A stretch of 64,000 bases of DNA from Octopus vulgaris (lineage: Eukaryota): contig OX597817.1 in assembly GCA_951406725.2 (NCBI GenBank), forward strand, positions 141,174,001-141,238,000, written 5' to 3'. Each line of letters starts with the position of its first letter. Positions within the stretch are counted from its first letter, which is position 1. The position numbers were made by a program, and so were the translations under genes. Positions 50,625 through 64,000 of the stretch are shown piece by piece. Below the pieces are notes generated by a model. That model had not been told where the DNA came from. It ran no database searches and saw nothing but the letters and a program-made list of their open reading frames with translations.

Positions 50625-51050
50625 AACCTGGTGTGCATCTGATCAGGTGTCAGAAGGCATGGCATCTACCAAACCAAAATTTTTGTCATGTCAAGATCAT
50701 TGTGCAGAATATTCTCCATTTTCTCACAGGATATACATATATATGTACTAACAGTTTTGGCCATATGACTTATACTCAATCGCCTGTCATCTATCACCAT
50801 GAGGTAACACCATGTTTTCCTCAGCGGTGGTAGTTGCAGGAAATCCAGACCATGAGCCACCTTGAAGGTTAAGCCCTTCTTCAGCAGGTACTTAAAAGTA
50901 TCACAAGGTCAAATTTTGTTGTCACTACTAGCTACTTTCGAAGTTTACTTTTAACAGTGGGATGTCAGTTTACTTGGAAAGAAACAATGCACTTATTAAT
51001 AAGAAGAGTTGAAATTAATGCATGCAAGATTTCACAGCGAATTTTTCAAC
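50625..51050 (-). mobile_element. mariner transposase remnant, 5' half
   Basis: MVIDDRRLSISHMAKTV...MENILHNDLDMTK, an HTH-region sequence that continues into 47526-48118. Confidence 0.75.
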
Positions 51051-52117
51051 CCAACCACGTAGATGTTCTTAGTCACCAACCCTCACCAGTTTCCAAGCAA
51101 AGTAATATTTAACCAGGGCCAGCCACGTTCTCGCAAAATATTGGAGATGACCAAAACAGCTTGTACGACAAAGACACCCATCTACAATTGTCATGTGGTG
51201 TCAAGACAAGGAGTCAAAACACACACGTACACACAAAAGATTGTTTTCAGTTTCTGCCCATCAAATCTCCTCACATGGCCTCCAATGGTCTGGGGCTATA
51301 GCAAAAGACACTTCCTTCAGGTGCCATGCAGCAAGATTGAACCCAAAACTATGTGGTTGGGAAGCAAACATCTGAACCACACAGCCAAGTTTATGCCTGT
51401 CCAACCCATCCAGCAGGGAAAATGAATCTAATGTGATGACAATCATTATCATTTAATTTGTTTTCCATGCTGGGCAACCGGAAAGCTGCACCAGGCTTTA
51501 ATTGTCTGTTTTGACATTTTCTATGACTGGATGCCCTTCCGAACACCAACCACATTATGGAGTGTACCAGCAGGCTTTTTATATAGCACCAGTTAAAACA
51601 AAATACAAGCTGTATACACAGTAAAGTGGTTGGCATTAGGAAGGGTATGCAGCCATAGTAACCATGCCAAAATGAACATGATATATATTTAGTTCAGTAA
51701 TTAACTAGTGTGGATGAATGTGTTTAATGGCAAAGTATGACAGATAAATACATATCAAGCTGTAGCTGTACTGTCCCAAACGGCGGAATTAAATGAGGAA
51801 TTAATAGTCAGGCTGGTGTTCACCAAAACTTACTCCTCAGACTCTTCTTAATTATAATTTCTCCCAGCAATAACAGAGGAGTCCACAGCAACAACTATAT
51901 GTTGAAGACCTAATTCTTGTAACAGAGTCTGAGAAAAACTTAAAGACAGGCCAGGTTTCTGGCATGTCTTTAAACCCTATAATCAAAAGATGTCAGACAA
52001 AACTTGGCAAAGACCAGAGTTTTATTACATAGAAAAGACAGGACTTTGATACTAACAGGGAAATAACCATGCTCAATATGCAGAAAAGGAACAGGCATAG
52101 AAGCTCTATATAATGTA

Positions 52118-52716
52118 CTAGCACTATGATCCGGCGTTGCCGGGTCATAGTTCAAGCACATGCATATACAGCTGTGTGCGTGCACTGTCCAAATCTCCAA
52201 CCAATCACATACAGCTAGCTGGCATTCAATTAGCGTATCAAGTTTTGGGCAATTTGATTGAGTTTTGGATAGAAAATTCACAAAAGGCGCAGGAGTGGCT
52301 GTGTGGTAAGTAGCTTGCTTACCAACCACATGGTCCCGGATTCAGTCCCACTGCGTGGCATCTTGGGCAAGTGTCTTCTACTATAGCCTCGGGCCAACCA
52401 AAGCCTTGTGAGTGGATTTGGTAGACGGAAACTGAAAGAATCCCGTCGTATATATATATGTGTGTGTGTCTGTGTTTGTCCCCCTAGCATTGCTTGACAA
52501 CTGATGCTGGTGTGTTTACGTCCCCGTCACTTAGCAGTTTGGCAAAAGAGACTGATAGAATAAGTACTGGGCTTACAAAGAATAAGTCCTGGGGTCGATT
52601 TGCTCGACTAAAGGCGGTGCTCCAGCATGGCTGCAGTCAAATGACTGAAACAAGTGAAAGAGTAAAAAAGTAACTTCTATTGATTTTTTAATGGCTTTGC
52701 AGAGTGACTGGGGAAA
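52118..52716 (-). mobile_element. non-autonomous Helitron (5'-truncated, with a SINE insertion)
   Basis: Reverse-complement homology to 35033-35382. Confidence 0.8.
52286..52665 (+). mobile_element. CORE-type SINE inserted in a Helitron
   Basis: Very similar to 14735-15150; splits the Helitron sequence at an A-run. Confidence 0.85.
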
Positions 52717-53012
52717 CGGACGTTAAACGATGATGATGATAGTAGATTATGCAGGACAAGGAGCGATAGGAGTAGAAACATCAGAGTTGGGTAAGTCTGA
52801 GTTGATACAAGACTAATCTGCTATATGGAATACAAGCCCCACTGTTGTATTAGTAGAGTGAGGAAACATGGCTGCCTTAGGATCAGAAGTTGGATGTGTT
52901 GGGGAGTAATTCTATGCCAATCTGTCTGGGGGATGCAGAGAGTAAAGTCTAGAGATTAAGGAGACTGCTCTAGGCTCATTATTCATGGAGGCAGGGTAGG
53001 TTCAATATAAGG

Positions 53013-53187
53013 AGAGTTTACGAAAAAAACGAAAGACGAAGACCGGTGGTGTACAAAACAAACATATGTATTAGTATAATGCTCAGGAATAGAAAAAGTC
53101 TTTTACGTTTCGAGCCTACGCTCTTCTACAGAAAAAACAAGGAGAGAAAAAAATGTGTGTAGTGGCTAACGATCTATCATGGCGAGT
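53013..53187 (-). mobile_element. short Penelope-like (pLTR-type) insertion with a hammerhead-like motif
   Basis: 14-nt TSD ggttcaatataagg at 52999-53012 and 53188-53201. Contains ctgtagaagagcgtaggctcgaaacgta. Partial second copy at about 29990-30075(+). Confidence 0.6.
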
Positions 53188-54206
53188 GGTTCAATATAAG
53201 GTATATAGACTGTGTGTGTGTGTGGGGGGGGGGGAACACACGGATGAAAATAGGTTAGGAAAGAGTGAAAACTAGAATCATGTCTTGAATGAGTGCAATG
53301 TTGGAAGTATAGGCAAGTAGATTATTGACTGGGAAGGAGTAAAACTGAACCTCTGATAGACTGGATCACAAGAGAGCTTCATTGGCACACACTGTAAGTG
53401 GTGTAATTTGACAATTTCTACATCAAGAAACAGATGGGGTCATCATGAGCTGGGAGTTGAGCCAGATCTCAAAATTAGACATAGCCTTATTATTTCTTTA
53501 CTACCCACAAGGGGCTAAACACAGAAGGGACAAACGGATTAAGTCGATTACATCGGCCTCAGTGTGTAACTGGTACTTATTAATCGACCCCGAAAGGTTG
53601 AAAGGCAAAGTCGACCTCGACGGAATTTGAACTCAGAATGTAACGGCAGACGAAATACTGCTAAGCATCTCTCTTGAAAAGGAATGTGTGTAGGATATAA
53701 TGTATGGTACATAGGTAGATCTTTGTCTATGAATATGAAAAAAAAGGGAGGATTGACCTGTGGATTGAACAGTATTTTGACCAATATCTCATTAAATCAT
53801 ATTACTTGGTTTGTTTTCTTTGTGAACAGAGTGAAGGATACAAGGCCCCAGTAGCTCTACCCCTGTAAGTGACCTAGATGGATGTTAGTGGCATTGGGTC
53901 ACTAACCTATGCTTGGCAAGACAGTGGGGAAGAAAATACTGAGCTGTGACTCACAAGATCTTCATTCTAGCTGGCAACAAACCTCCACTAAGAAATCTTT
54001 TCTGTCAGTATGTTGAGAGAAGATTGAAACATCTTGATGAAGCCTAGTTCAAGTGACTTATAATAGAAGGATTTCTACTAAAGACACACAAGAGCCAAAA
54101 GATGACATTAAACCTGACAGATGGGAGCCATAAGGATGTATTTAACTAGGTAACACACTGGGCTAATCAGCCAAAACAATAATTTAAAGATATGGTAAAT
54201 GATGTT

Positions 54207-54597
54207 GGCGTAGAGCTGGCAGAAACGTTAGCACAGTGGGCGAAATGCGTAGCCGTATTTCGTCTGCCGTTACGTTGTGAGTTCAAATTCTGCCGAGGTC
54301 GACTTTGCCTTTCATCCTTTCGGGGTCAATTAAATAAAGTACCAGTTATGCACTGAGGTCGATGTAATCGACTTAATCCATTTGTCCTCTGTGTTTAGCC
54401 CCTTGTGGGTAGTAAAGAAATATGTATTTTGTCTGCCGTTACGTTCTGAGTTCAAATTTCACTGAGGTCGACTTTGCCTTTCATCCTTTCGGGGTCGATT
54501 AAATAAAGTACCAGTTACGCACTGGAGTCGATGTAATCGACTTAATCCGTTTGTCTATCCCCTCTGTGTTTAGCCCCTGGTGGGTAGTAAAGAAATA
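54207..54597 (+). mobile_element. dimeric family A SINE
   Basis: Same dimer junction position as 35861-36276; TSD ggtaaatgatgtt. Confidence 0.88.
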
Positions 54598-55354
54598 AAT
54601 TTGGTAAATGATGTTTGTTGTGTCACTGAGACTCTCTAATAACTCCCAAGATGGTTTGTGGACACATTCACCAATAGTTCACAGAAAATGTGGCTCATAG
54701 ACATGTCTTCAAACCATGGAGATGGTTTGCTGATTGTAAATCTACAACCGAACTGAAGGAGAATGATGTGACTGAAATATTCATCATATTTAAACCATTT
54801 AATGTGTATGCAACAGCTCATGTTTCAGTTTGTCTGCCACCTTAATTAATCACATCACTAATTTCAGTAAGAACCAGCAGAGAACATTTAAGTAGGCCAC
54901 TGACAGAAGAAGGTATCTAAAGCTAACCCAAAGAGGGGCTGCCCGGACAATACAAACAGGCAAATAGTAATTTTAGAGATCTAGAGTGTCTATGGTAGTT
55001 TACATGTTACAACAATTAATGGTTTTAGGTTTCAATTTCACACTAATAATTTATATTCTATTATAGAGCAGGTTATTCACAGCAGAACAAAAAGTGAAAT
55101 CAAATATATTAACAATTCATTTCAATTAGAAAGAAAGAAAGAAATGTAAAGTTTTATTCAGTGACTGCTGAGGCCTAAATAATTTACCATTGTTAGTGGA
55201 GAAGAGAACCACTTCAACAGAACATGTGGGAGGAGTTACACAAATGAGAAATAAGAAGCTCTCTGTAAGCAAAACAGAACAGTGAGTAGCATTGTTTTGT
55301 TTATTTAATATTCTAGGATCTTTTTTTTTTTGAAAGTTAGTATTCATTTGATCA

Positions 55355-55908
55355 TCTCTATATATATAAATGGCAAAATGTCTGTCTGTGCGTATCCTGT
55401 ATGCAAATCCACAATTTTTCAGTTATTGTAAAAATTCTATAGTTTGTAAGATATTTGTTGTATTTTTGCTTCAATTTTTGCAATTTCAACCAATCAATGA
55501 CGTCTATTGAGGTGAAAACATTTCTATGGTCATTCAAAACCGTCCAAGGGTGGTTGTGCACATCTTTACATTTCCCCAGTCACCCCGCAAAGCCATTGTA
55601 AAAATTCTATAGTTTGTAAGATATTTGTTGTATTTTTGCTTCAATTTTTGCAATTTCAACCAATCAATGACGTCTATTGAGGTGAAAACATTTCTATGGT
55701 CATTCAAAACCGTCCAAGGGTGGTTGTGCACATCTTTACATTTCCCCAGTCACCCCGCAAAGCCATTAAAAAATCAATAGAAGTGACTTTTTTGTGAATT
55801 TTCTATCCCAAACCCAATCAAAATGCTTGAAACTTGATACGCCAACTGAATGCCAGCTAGCTGTATGTGATTGGTCAGTACTTGTGTGTATGTGCGCATG
55901 CACTAGCA
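55355..55908 (+). mobile_element. rearranged Helitron with a captured MITE segment and a 170-nt tandem duplication
   Basis: 55425-55594 is repeated from 55595. Confidence 0.82.
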
Positions 55909-57588
55909 TGCCATACTTTTGATATTAACCATGGCGGCAGAAGTATACTTCCAAAGGTACCTGTCATAAATTTCTAATTCTGGCACAAAGCCAGTTGATT
56001 ATAGCAATTCCTATGCTCAGCTTGTACTGATTTTATCAACCCTGAAAAGATGAAAAGCCAAGTTGACCCCAGCAAAATTGAAACTCAAATATAATGAGTG
56101 GGAAGAAATACAGTAAAGTATTTTTTCAGATGTAATTCTGTAAACTTACCACTTTGGTAAAAGTAATCCTTTCTGCCATAGGCACAAGCCAATTACATCA
56201 ACCCCAGTACTGTACTGATACTTATTTTATTCTTTTCTACTCTAGGCACAAGGCCCGAAATTTTTGGGGAGGGGGATAAAAGACAGTGATGGTTTCAGTT
56301 TCATTTTAAAATACAAAATAAAGACATTTTGCCTTCCATCAGTTTAACTTACCGTATAGTAATATCACTAATCTGTCTACCATTCAAACATATCAGGTTT
56401 CATTTAAATAACAATGAAACCCACTTTTATACTGAGGCGTAAAAGCGTGCTCAGTTCGTTTGCACTGCACCTTTTTAAAATAGTTTTAAAATCTTCCAAA
56501 TGACTAATGTACACTTTAAAGCATGAATTAGAAAAAAAATATATCTTCCAAGACCTGACAAATGAAGTGAGTTCATGGCTCGCAGGACGGCCTGCTGTGC
56601 TAACCTTCGATCGTAGAGTGACCTGCTGTTCTTGAGGAGTTCTTGAGTCAAGTACATCAACATCAAAATAAAAATTCAAATGGAAATTGTAGTTAAGACA
56701 CCCATGCCGGTGACACGTAAAAAGCACCGTTCGAACATGGCAGATGCCAGCGCCGCCTGACTGGCATCCGTGTCGGTGACATATAAAAGCACCAACCGAT
56801 CATGGCTGTTTGCCAGCCTGCTCTGGCCCCTGTGCCGGTGGCATGTAAAAGACACCCACTACACTCATGGAGTGGTTGGCGTTAGGAAGGGTATCCTCCA
56901 TGGCTTCCAGACCCCGGTCAAACCGTCCAACCCATGCTAGCGTGGAAAACAGACATTAAATGATGATGATCATGATTGCCTTTGATAATAGAAATTTGTA
57001 TGAATTGACATGAATCTTTTATTTGTGTCTTAGTTATTAGGCTGCAGCCATGCTGGAGCTCTGCTTTAAAGGGTTTAATTTAACAAAGCAACCCCAGTAC
57101 TTGTTATTTTTTTAAAGCTTTGTACTTATTTTACCAGTTTTCTTTTTGTCAAACTGCAGGCATGTAACAAACCAACACTTTGTCAAGCTGTAACAGGGGG
57201 ACAAAAACATAAAGGTATATACACACACACAGAGGCTACTTTCATTTTCCGTTGACCACATCCGCTCACAAGGCCTTGGTTGGCCCACAGTTTGAACCCA
57301 GAAATATGTGGTTCATACCACAGAGCCATACCTGCAACTATGTGAGCATATTTTACGAAAAATTTCTGGTTTAAAATTCTGTTCACCCTTGCAAATTAAA
57401 AAGAAAAAAAACAAAGAAACAGTTGCTTTGATACATGTATGAAACGGTTGAGACTGGTTTAAAGTTTTTATCAGTAAAATAAAAGTCTTTTACAATTGAT
57501 GATGATGATATATAAACTCAATCCTTTAATGTGTGTGACTTGAGCCAACTAGTTTCCCATCTCACAATATCTCTTCAATATTAAGCCG

Positions 57589-57978
57589 GGATCTTTTCAG
57601 TTTGACCGGCAGTTTTTTAAAATAATTTCCATGTAACTAAACACTTTTAAACTTCGTATACTATTAGAATGTGTTTATAAAACATCTTTTTCGCTTGGCT
57701 TTATTGAGAAAATTCTATAGTTTGTAAGATATTTGTTGTATTTTTGCTTCAATTTCTGCAATTTCAACCAATCAATGACGTCTATTGAGGTGAAAACATT
57801 CTGTGCCGTATGAATATGTCCCTTGTTTAAAAAACAGATTGGGTTTATTTACATTTCTGAAGAAAAAAAGATACCCTTCCCAGCACCCCTAAAACATTGA
57901 AATGCAATAGATCTATACTAGGGTGATAATTTCATATGACACCGCTAGAAAAAACTGCTGGTCAAACTGAAAAGATCC
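57589..57978. mobile_element. MITE with ~30-bp TIRs and an 8-bp TSD (Merlin- or hAT-like)
   Basis: TIRs ggatcttttcagtttgaccggcagtttttt and aaaaaactgctggtcaaactgaaaagatcc; flanks ttaagccg and ttaagctg. Confidence 0.85.
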
Positions 57979-58477
57979 TTAAGCTGCCCCAACCTCATTT
58001 AGCCAGTCTCTTGTCTTCATCCTCTAACATCTCATCACTAAGCTTGGTCCCTTTGGACGCAGTAATAATAAAAGTATTTTACTGCTTAAATGAAGAGAGA
58101 AACAAAACAAACGCACAATGAAAGAATATGTTTTATGAAGGCAATTATTTATTGTTTCATGAGTGAAGTTCATCTTTTAATGGTTTCAGCCAAGGGCTAT
58201 GACCATGCTGGAGCACCACAATTAGTGTGACTGCTAATTACTTTTAACTCACTTCCCCAAACCTTTCACCAGATTTGGTTCTGGCAAAGCAGTGAGTTAC
58301 ACAAAGCTGCCCTTCTTTGTACTTCTTGCTGTGATGTGCGTTCATTTGGTATATCAGACTAAATTTATTTAAATGTTCTTTGAACATATCCACACCTACA
58401 CCTTGTAGGCCTTGAGGCTTTTAGACAGGGTATTGAAATTTCATTTTTTTTGTTAAACTCTGTCCACTTGTTGTTGT

Positions 58478-59060
58478 GGAGGCTTGTGGCCTAGTGGTTA
58501 GGTGGTTGCACTCAAGATTGTAAAACCATGGTTTCAATTACTGGATGAAGCAAATGAATTCTGTTCAAAACAATTCACTTCACGTTGCCCTGATCCATCA
58601 TCATTGTTTAACATCCGATTTCCATGCTAGCATGGGTTGGACGATTTTGACTGAGGGCTGGCGAACCAGATGGCTGCACCAGGCTCCAACCTTGATTTGG
58701 CAGAGTTTCTACAGCTGGATGCCCTTCCTAACGCCAACCACTCCGAGAGTGTAGTGGGTGCTTTTTACGTGCCACCGGCACGGGGGCCAGTCAGGAGGTA
58801 CTGGCAACAACCTCGCTCGAATCTTTTACACATGCCACCGGCACAGGTGCCAGTAAGGCGACGTTGGTAACGATCACACTCAAATGGTGCCCTTTTATGT
58901 GCCACTGGCATGGAAGCCAGTTCACTCAGCTGTAAATGAGTTCCAACAATAACTGGGAAGTTAATCCTGTGATGGACTGGCAGCCCATCCAGTGCGGAGG
59001 GTTGTAATGTCCCTTAATCAAACATCATGAAAACAGAGTCAAGCTCAGTTATCATGAGTC
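58478..59060 (+). mobile_element. third tRNA-derived SINE type, interrupted by an RTE tail (58596-58920)
   Basis: A-box gtggcctagtggttag and B-box-like ggtttcaattac. The body resumes at ctcagctgtaaatgagt...cctgtgatggactggcagcccatccag. Confidence 0.6.
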
Positions 59061-59193
59061 CTAGAGCTCATGAGACTTGAGTCAGTCTGCTTGTTGTTTG
59101 GGGTATAAATAGATTAGTGAACAGCACAATAAAATCCTGAATGATTTACACTCGACATTTGTGCTTATTAAAAAGACACCATGTTCTTCAAAT

Positions 59194-59566
59194 ATCTCTC
59201 TATATATAAACGGCAAAATGGCTGTGTATGTGTGTGTGTATCCTTTATACAAATCCACAATTTTACAGTTAGAGGGCTCACACTTTCTATGGTCATTGAA
59301 AACCGTCCAAGGGTGGTTGTGCACATCTTTATATTTCCCCAGTCACTCTGCAAAGCCATTAAAAAAATCAATAGAAGTGACTTTTTTGTGAATTTTCTAT
59401 CCAAAACCCAATCAAAATGCCTGAAACTTGATACGCCAATTGAATGCCAGCTAGCTGTGTGTGATTGGTCGGAGATTTGGACAGTACTCGTGTGTATGCG
59501 CGCAGGCACGCAGCTGTATAATCATGCACTAGCACTATGCCCCAGCAACGCCGGGTCATAGTGCTA
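59194..59566 (+). mobile_element. non-autonomous Helitron
   Basis: Same family as 35033-35382, with both termini present. Confidence 0.85.
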
Positions 59567-62500
59567 GTTGTTAATAAATCAAAATGTAAAGAGGACTAAA
59601 TGGTACCCCAAACCATCTGGTGTAATGAATTTGGCACTTTATAATGGTTATAATTTAATAGAATCTACCTGCTTGGCTCAGAATTGAGTGCAGAAAAGGT
59701 GGTCCTTGTTAAAGCTACACCCACATTCCTCAGTACCCTACCACTCTACTATCTACTGTATTAGCCGGCTGCTGTAATTAATAAAAGCAGAACTTGTTAC
59801 TATATACATTATCATTTTTGTTCTGCCAGTCATCATTCTCACTCAGCTGAAACACTTTCTACCTGCCATCCTTCATTCTTCTTACCCACCATCCACTTAC
59901 CCCATCTACCTATGACTACTGCCATCCCTGCTCTGGCATCTCATTACCTATTTCTTTATTACCCACAAGGGACTAAACATAGAGGGGACAAACAAGGACA
60001 GATATAGGTATTAAGTTGATTACATCGACCCCAGTGCATAACTGGTACTTAATTTATCGACCCCAAAAGGATGAAAGGCAAAGTCGACCTCAGAGTGTAG
60101 TGGCAGACCACTAAGCATTTCGCCCAGCGTGCTAACGATTCTGCCAGCTCACCGCCGTATGGCCTCTCATTATCACCAGCTCTACCTTCTTTCCAGTTAC
60201 TCCCACCTACCCATATACAATGCAGGGTATCCATGTATCTTCTCTATCGCAAGAACCTGTGCTTGCTTCACTGTTATACTTTTGCCTCCCTATATACCTG
60301 GCAGAAATTGCTGACTCGGCCTCAAAAATATACCCTTCTGTACTCTTCCTGTCTTGGAAGTTTGTAAAAGCACCCAGTGCACTGTAAAGTCGTTATGAAG
60401 GACATCCAGCCATGGAAATCATGCTGAAGCTCAATGTGACCCTAGAGGCTATGAGATCCTCCTGTCAAATCATTAAGCCCATGCCAGCATAGAACATGGA
60501 TGTTAAATGATGATGATGATGACTCACTCCCTCTCTTCACTCTTGTAACTTGAACCCCTACACCTTGATCCTTCTGTCACCATGGGCTTTCTAGCCCTCC
60601 ACATTACCTTGAGGGTGCACTCTGGCCTCTCAGAACAATCATATCCTTATCTCTCAAGTAGATGGAGTATCACCCCATCTACTTGATAATGATAGACCTG
60701 TTGTTTCTTCCTTTTTATTATACTGTAACCTTCCAATCCATCACCCAAAATCATCCTCCTTTCTTCTATTCTCCTTCTATGACATAGGAGCTCCTTAGTC
60801 TTGCAATTTATGACGCAACCCACCACCACCACTGCTGGTGGTGGTCACAAAAAGCAGACATAAATTCACTATGGATAAATATTCCTATATTTATATATTT
60901 TACTGAAAAACAACAACAAAAACACCAGTATAAATTGAATTTAATAATGATTGGCCTAATAAACAATGAATACATCAAGTTGTGACATGTAAGTTGAGAA
61001 GTTTTATTTTAAAATGTAAACATGTACGATATTTGATGGTACATAAGCTCAAAAGGCAGACATTTTTCAAAAAAGTCTGAAGAGAGAGAGAAGCACCACT
61101 GGTTCTATATGCAAAACTGGGCTTCCCATAAATTTTAATACACTAAAAACTTAATCTGAATGTGTACTGATGAAATTGGAATGCGTCTTATGCTAACTAC
61201 AGTATATATAAATATCACCACTGAGTGTAAAAAGTAAATATATTATGAATTACATAAAAAACTATTCTTGTATTACCTAAAATTTTCTCCTCAAAATAAC
61301 TTGAATAATAAAGTGTATTAAAATCAGATTTAATTAACAGAAATTGAAACTGGAAAAATGATATACAACTAAATTATTTTATTGCATTATAAAGAGAGAA
61401 AATTGCAGTTTAGCCTTGGCCCAGGGTTACGAGTTTAGTGATGATAGTCAGGTCAATTTAATTGATTCCAGGCAAAATATCAACTCCAGATTTTAAACTC
61501 TAAATGTAGAGATGTAACTGGATGACATCTGAAGGAATTTTGGTTCCCATTCTACAAACTGTCGACCATCACTGCCATCTCAATTCCTATCGTCAGCACA
61601 ATACCACATTGAAGACAACAGCCTCCCACCAACCACAGAAACCCTCAAAATCATCACAGGTGCTGCATTCCTCTTCAATAGTCATATGAAATACTAATGA
61701 CTACACAATCTAATTATACAGCTGCAAGTAATTCTTTTCTCACATCTACCTTTTCTGTCAATCAGGCATCAAGAATTCCATATCCACTCCAATCTGCACT
61801 TGGACGACTTTTCTTTTTAGATCTTCAACTCTTGAAGGTAGACTTTGTTTACTAATCACTTAAATATTCTCTGTTAATCAAAAATTTTCAATTCTCAATT
61901 AATACATGGGAGATTACTATATTTATATTTGATATGAAGAACATTCCCCTGGGGTATTTTCCCATAACCATACTGTACCAGTCATTGGCTCTCATGATTT
62001 CTGATCTTAACTGACTGGAAGTGTTATCATGTACATGTTTTTTTTGGCTTGGTATAAAAGATGGTCTACAACAAATATTCTGCTCAATACCACAGATTTG
62101 CTTGTCAGTTGTTTGACAGTAACCAGTTGAGCATGTCTCTTGGTAGCTGACAATATGTGCATCTCTGATCACGAGCAGAAGTAGAGGAGCATCATAGCCA
62201 TACATTAAGGAATTCTTTGGAGTTTGAATAATTCACTTCTGGAAACAAGGGCGTTTCATTCAACATACTTAAACAAACCTTATTCAGGGACCTTTTGAGT
62301 GGGATGGGCTACTTGACCTGAAGAAAATTCTAACTGGGTCCCACCTGCATGTGCTTGGAGTAACCTTATCAGACGGATGGTAATGATGGGTATACTGAGC
62401 TTCGTCTATTTTACTCCAGTGTCACTTTGATGGAATGCACTGCTCTCTCACTCAATAATAATAATACTTTCTACCAGAGGCACAAGGCCTGAAGTTCTGG

Positions 62501-64000
62501 GGAAGGAGGCTAGTCAGTTACATCGATCCTGGGAGGATGAAAGGCGGACGAAATGTCACTAAATATTTTGTCCGGTATGTTAATGGTTTCAAATTTTAGC
62601 ACAAGGCCAGTAGTTTCAGAGGGAGGGGTTTAATCGATTAAATCAACCGTAGTACTTGGCTGGTACTTTATTGATCACATAAGATGAAAGACAAAGCTAA
62701 CTTATAAAAGAAAAATATATTATAAATCGAAGGAGTTTCGTTATTCCATTAACAAAAAAAAAAGTATAATTTTTACCATCAGATACACTGTGTCATTTGA
62801 GTTAGAACTTTCAAAATAAAATTAAAAAGGCATATCTCATGCAAGAGACACGACAAGCAATGGAAGGTAATGTGCTGCGATTTATATTCATTTTAGATGA
62901 AGTAGTTGAAAATTAAATATAACTGGAAGTGGATAATAAAATAATATCAATAATGAGATGGATCTGTTACTTAGCTCGGATCAGTTTTGATCGAACAAAA
63001 CTATGATTAAAGGTGTTCCAGTCATAACCATCCCTATTTTTTCACATAACTATTATCTTAAACTACATTATGCATTGACTTTCCTATTTTTAAAACGTCA
63101 GTGTGATTTGAGGGGAAATTTGGCTGCTATTTCTAGCAAGCCGGCAACCGTATAGAGGCTCCTTACTGGTTTCAATTATAAACAGTTTATTTGCTGTCGA
63201 GAAGAATCAAGAGGAACCAGCTAGTTAAAGTTCACCAGATACCAGTAATATACTGATACATATTTGTATATCTATGAAAAAAAGTAAACATTTTACTTTA
63301 CATCCAAGGCTGGAACCAAGTCACAATTTGAAATTCATCTCTAACATGTAAACTTCCTAATTATATTTGGAAGTCCTAAGAACAACAAATCTAAAAATAA
63401 CGACAAGATGGTTACGTCTGTAACGCCTTTGTGTCATAAGTTTGCTGTCAAACCTAAGCACTCACTGGAACAGTAATAAATGGTAAATCTTTCAATAAAT
63501 ATTGTCATTGTGTAGATCTGAAGAAAATGTATCCCCTGGCAATCAATGAGGAACATTAGCATAATGTATTAGGAGAGTTCCACTAGAAAGGGAGACAAAT
63601 CCAATGACTCAATGTCACAACCGAAGTAAATAAACAAGGTAGTTACATTTCTGAACCATTAAAAAAAAAATTTATAATCATTTACACTTTAAGAAATCAA
63701 AAAAAAAAAAAAAAAAAACGTATTTAACAAACAGAAACGATTACCAAAAATGATTGCAAAAACTGCCGAATTCAAAAGAAGATTGTGTAAGAAAATAAGA
63801 AACACTTTTTTTTAATGTTAACCGCTTAGGAAATTCGGGGAAAATGTGTTTATGAAATTCACAGTTAAATGCATTTAGAGAAAAATGCTGCAATATAAAC
63901 TGTTCAATATACTAGTATCGCAGAACTACTGGACTGATTTAAATACACACACACACTCTCTCTTTCTATAAATGTGTGTGTGTGCAGCTACCAGTAAGCA

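Overview
This is an AT-rich, intron-rich animal genomic window. The repeat repertoire suggests a coleoid cephalopod, probably Octopus (inferred, not verified). It holds parts of two convergent spliced genes separated by a 100-N scaffold gap (15528-15627). On the + strand are internal exons of a NUDT5-like ADP-sugar pyrophosphatase (1935-14106), with a complete Nudix box and a candidate 9-nt microexon. On the - strand are 14 in-phase exons of Host cell factor 1 (43688 to 17297), covering the Kelch repeats, the N-terminal Fn3 half and the basic, Thr-rich region. I found neither gene's first or last exons. Nearly everything else is transposon-derived: RTE-clade LINEs with a PHD finger inside the RT and about 25 truncated copies of their structured, tandemly repeated 3' UTR with a (GAT)n tail; tRNA-derived SINEs; Dong/R4 and L1/Tx1 fragments; non-autonomous Helitrons; piggyBac, mariner and hAT remnants; MITEs; and a Penelope-type fragment with a degenerate hammerhead motif. 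Most ORFs in the supplied track are spurious reads through these repeats. All family assignments come from motif recognition by eye; no database search was run.
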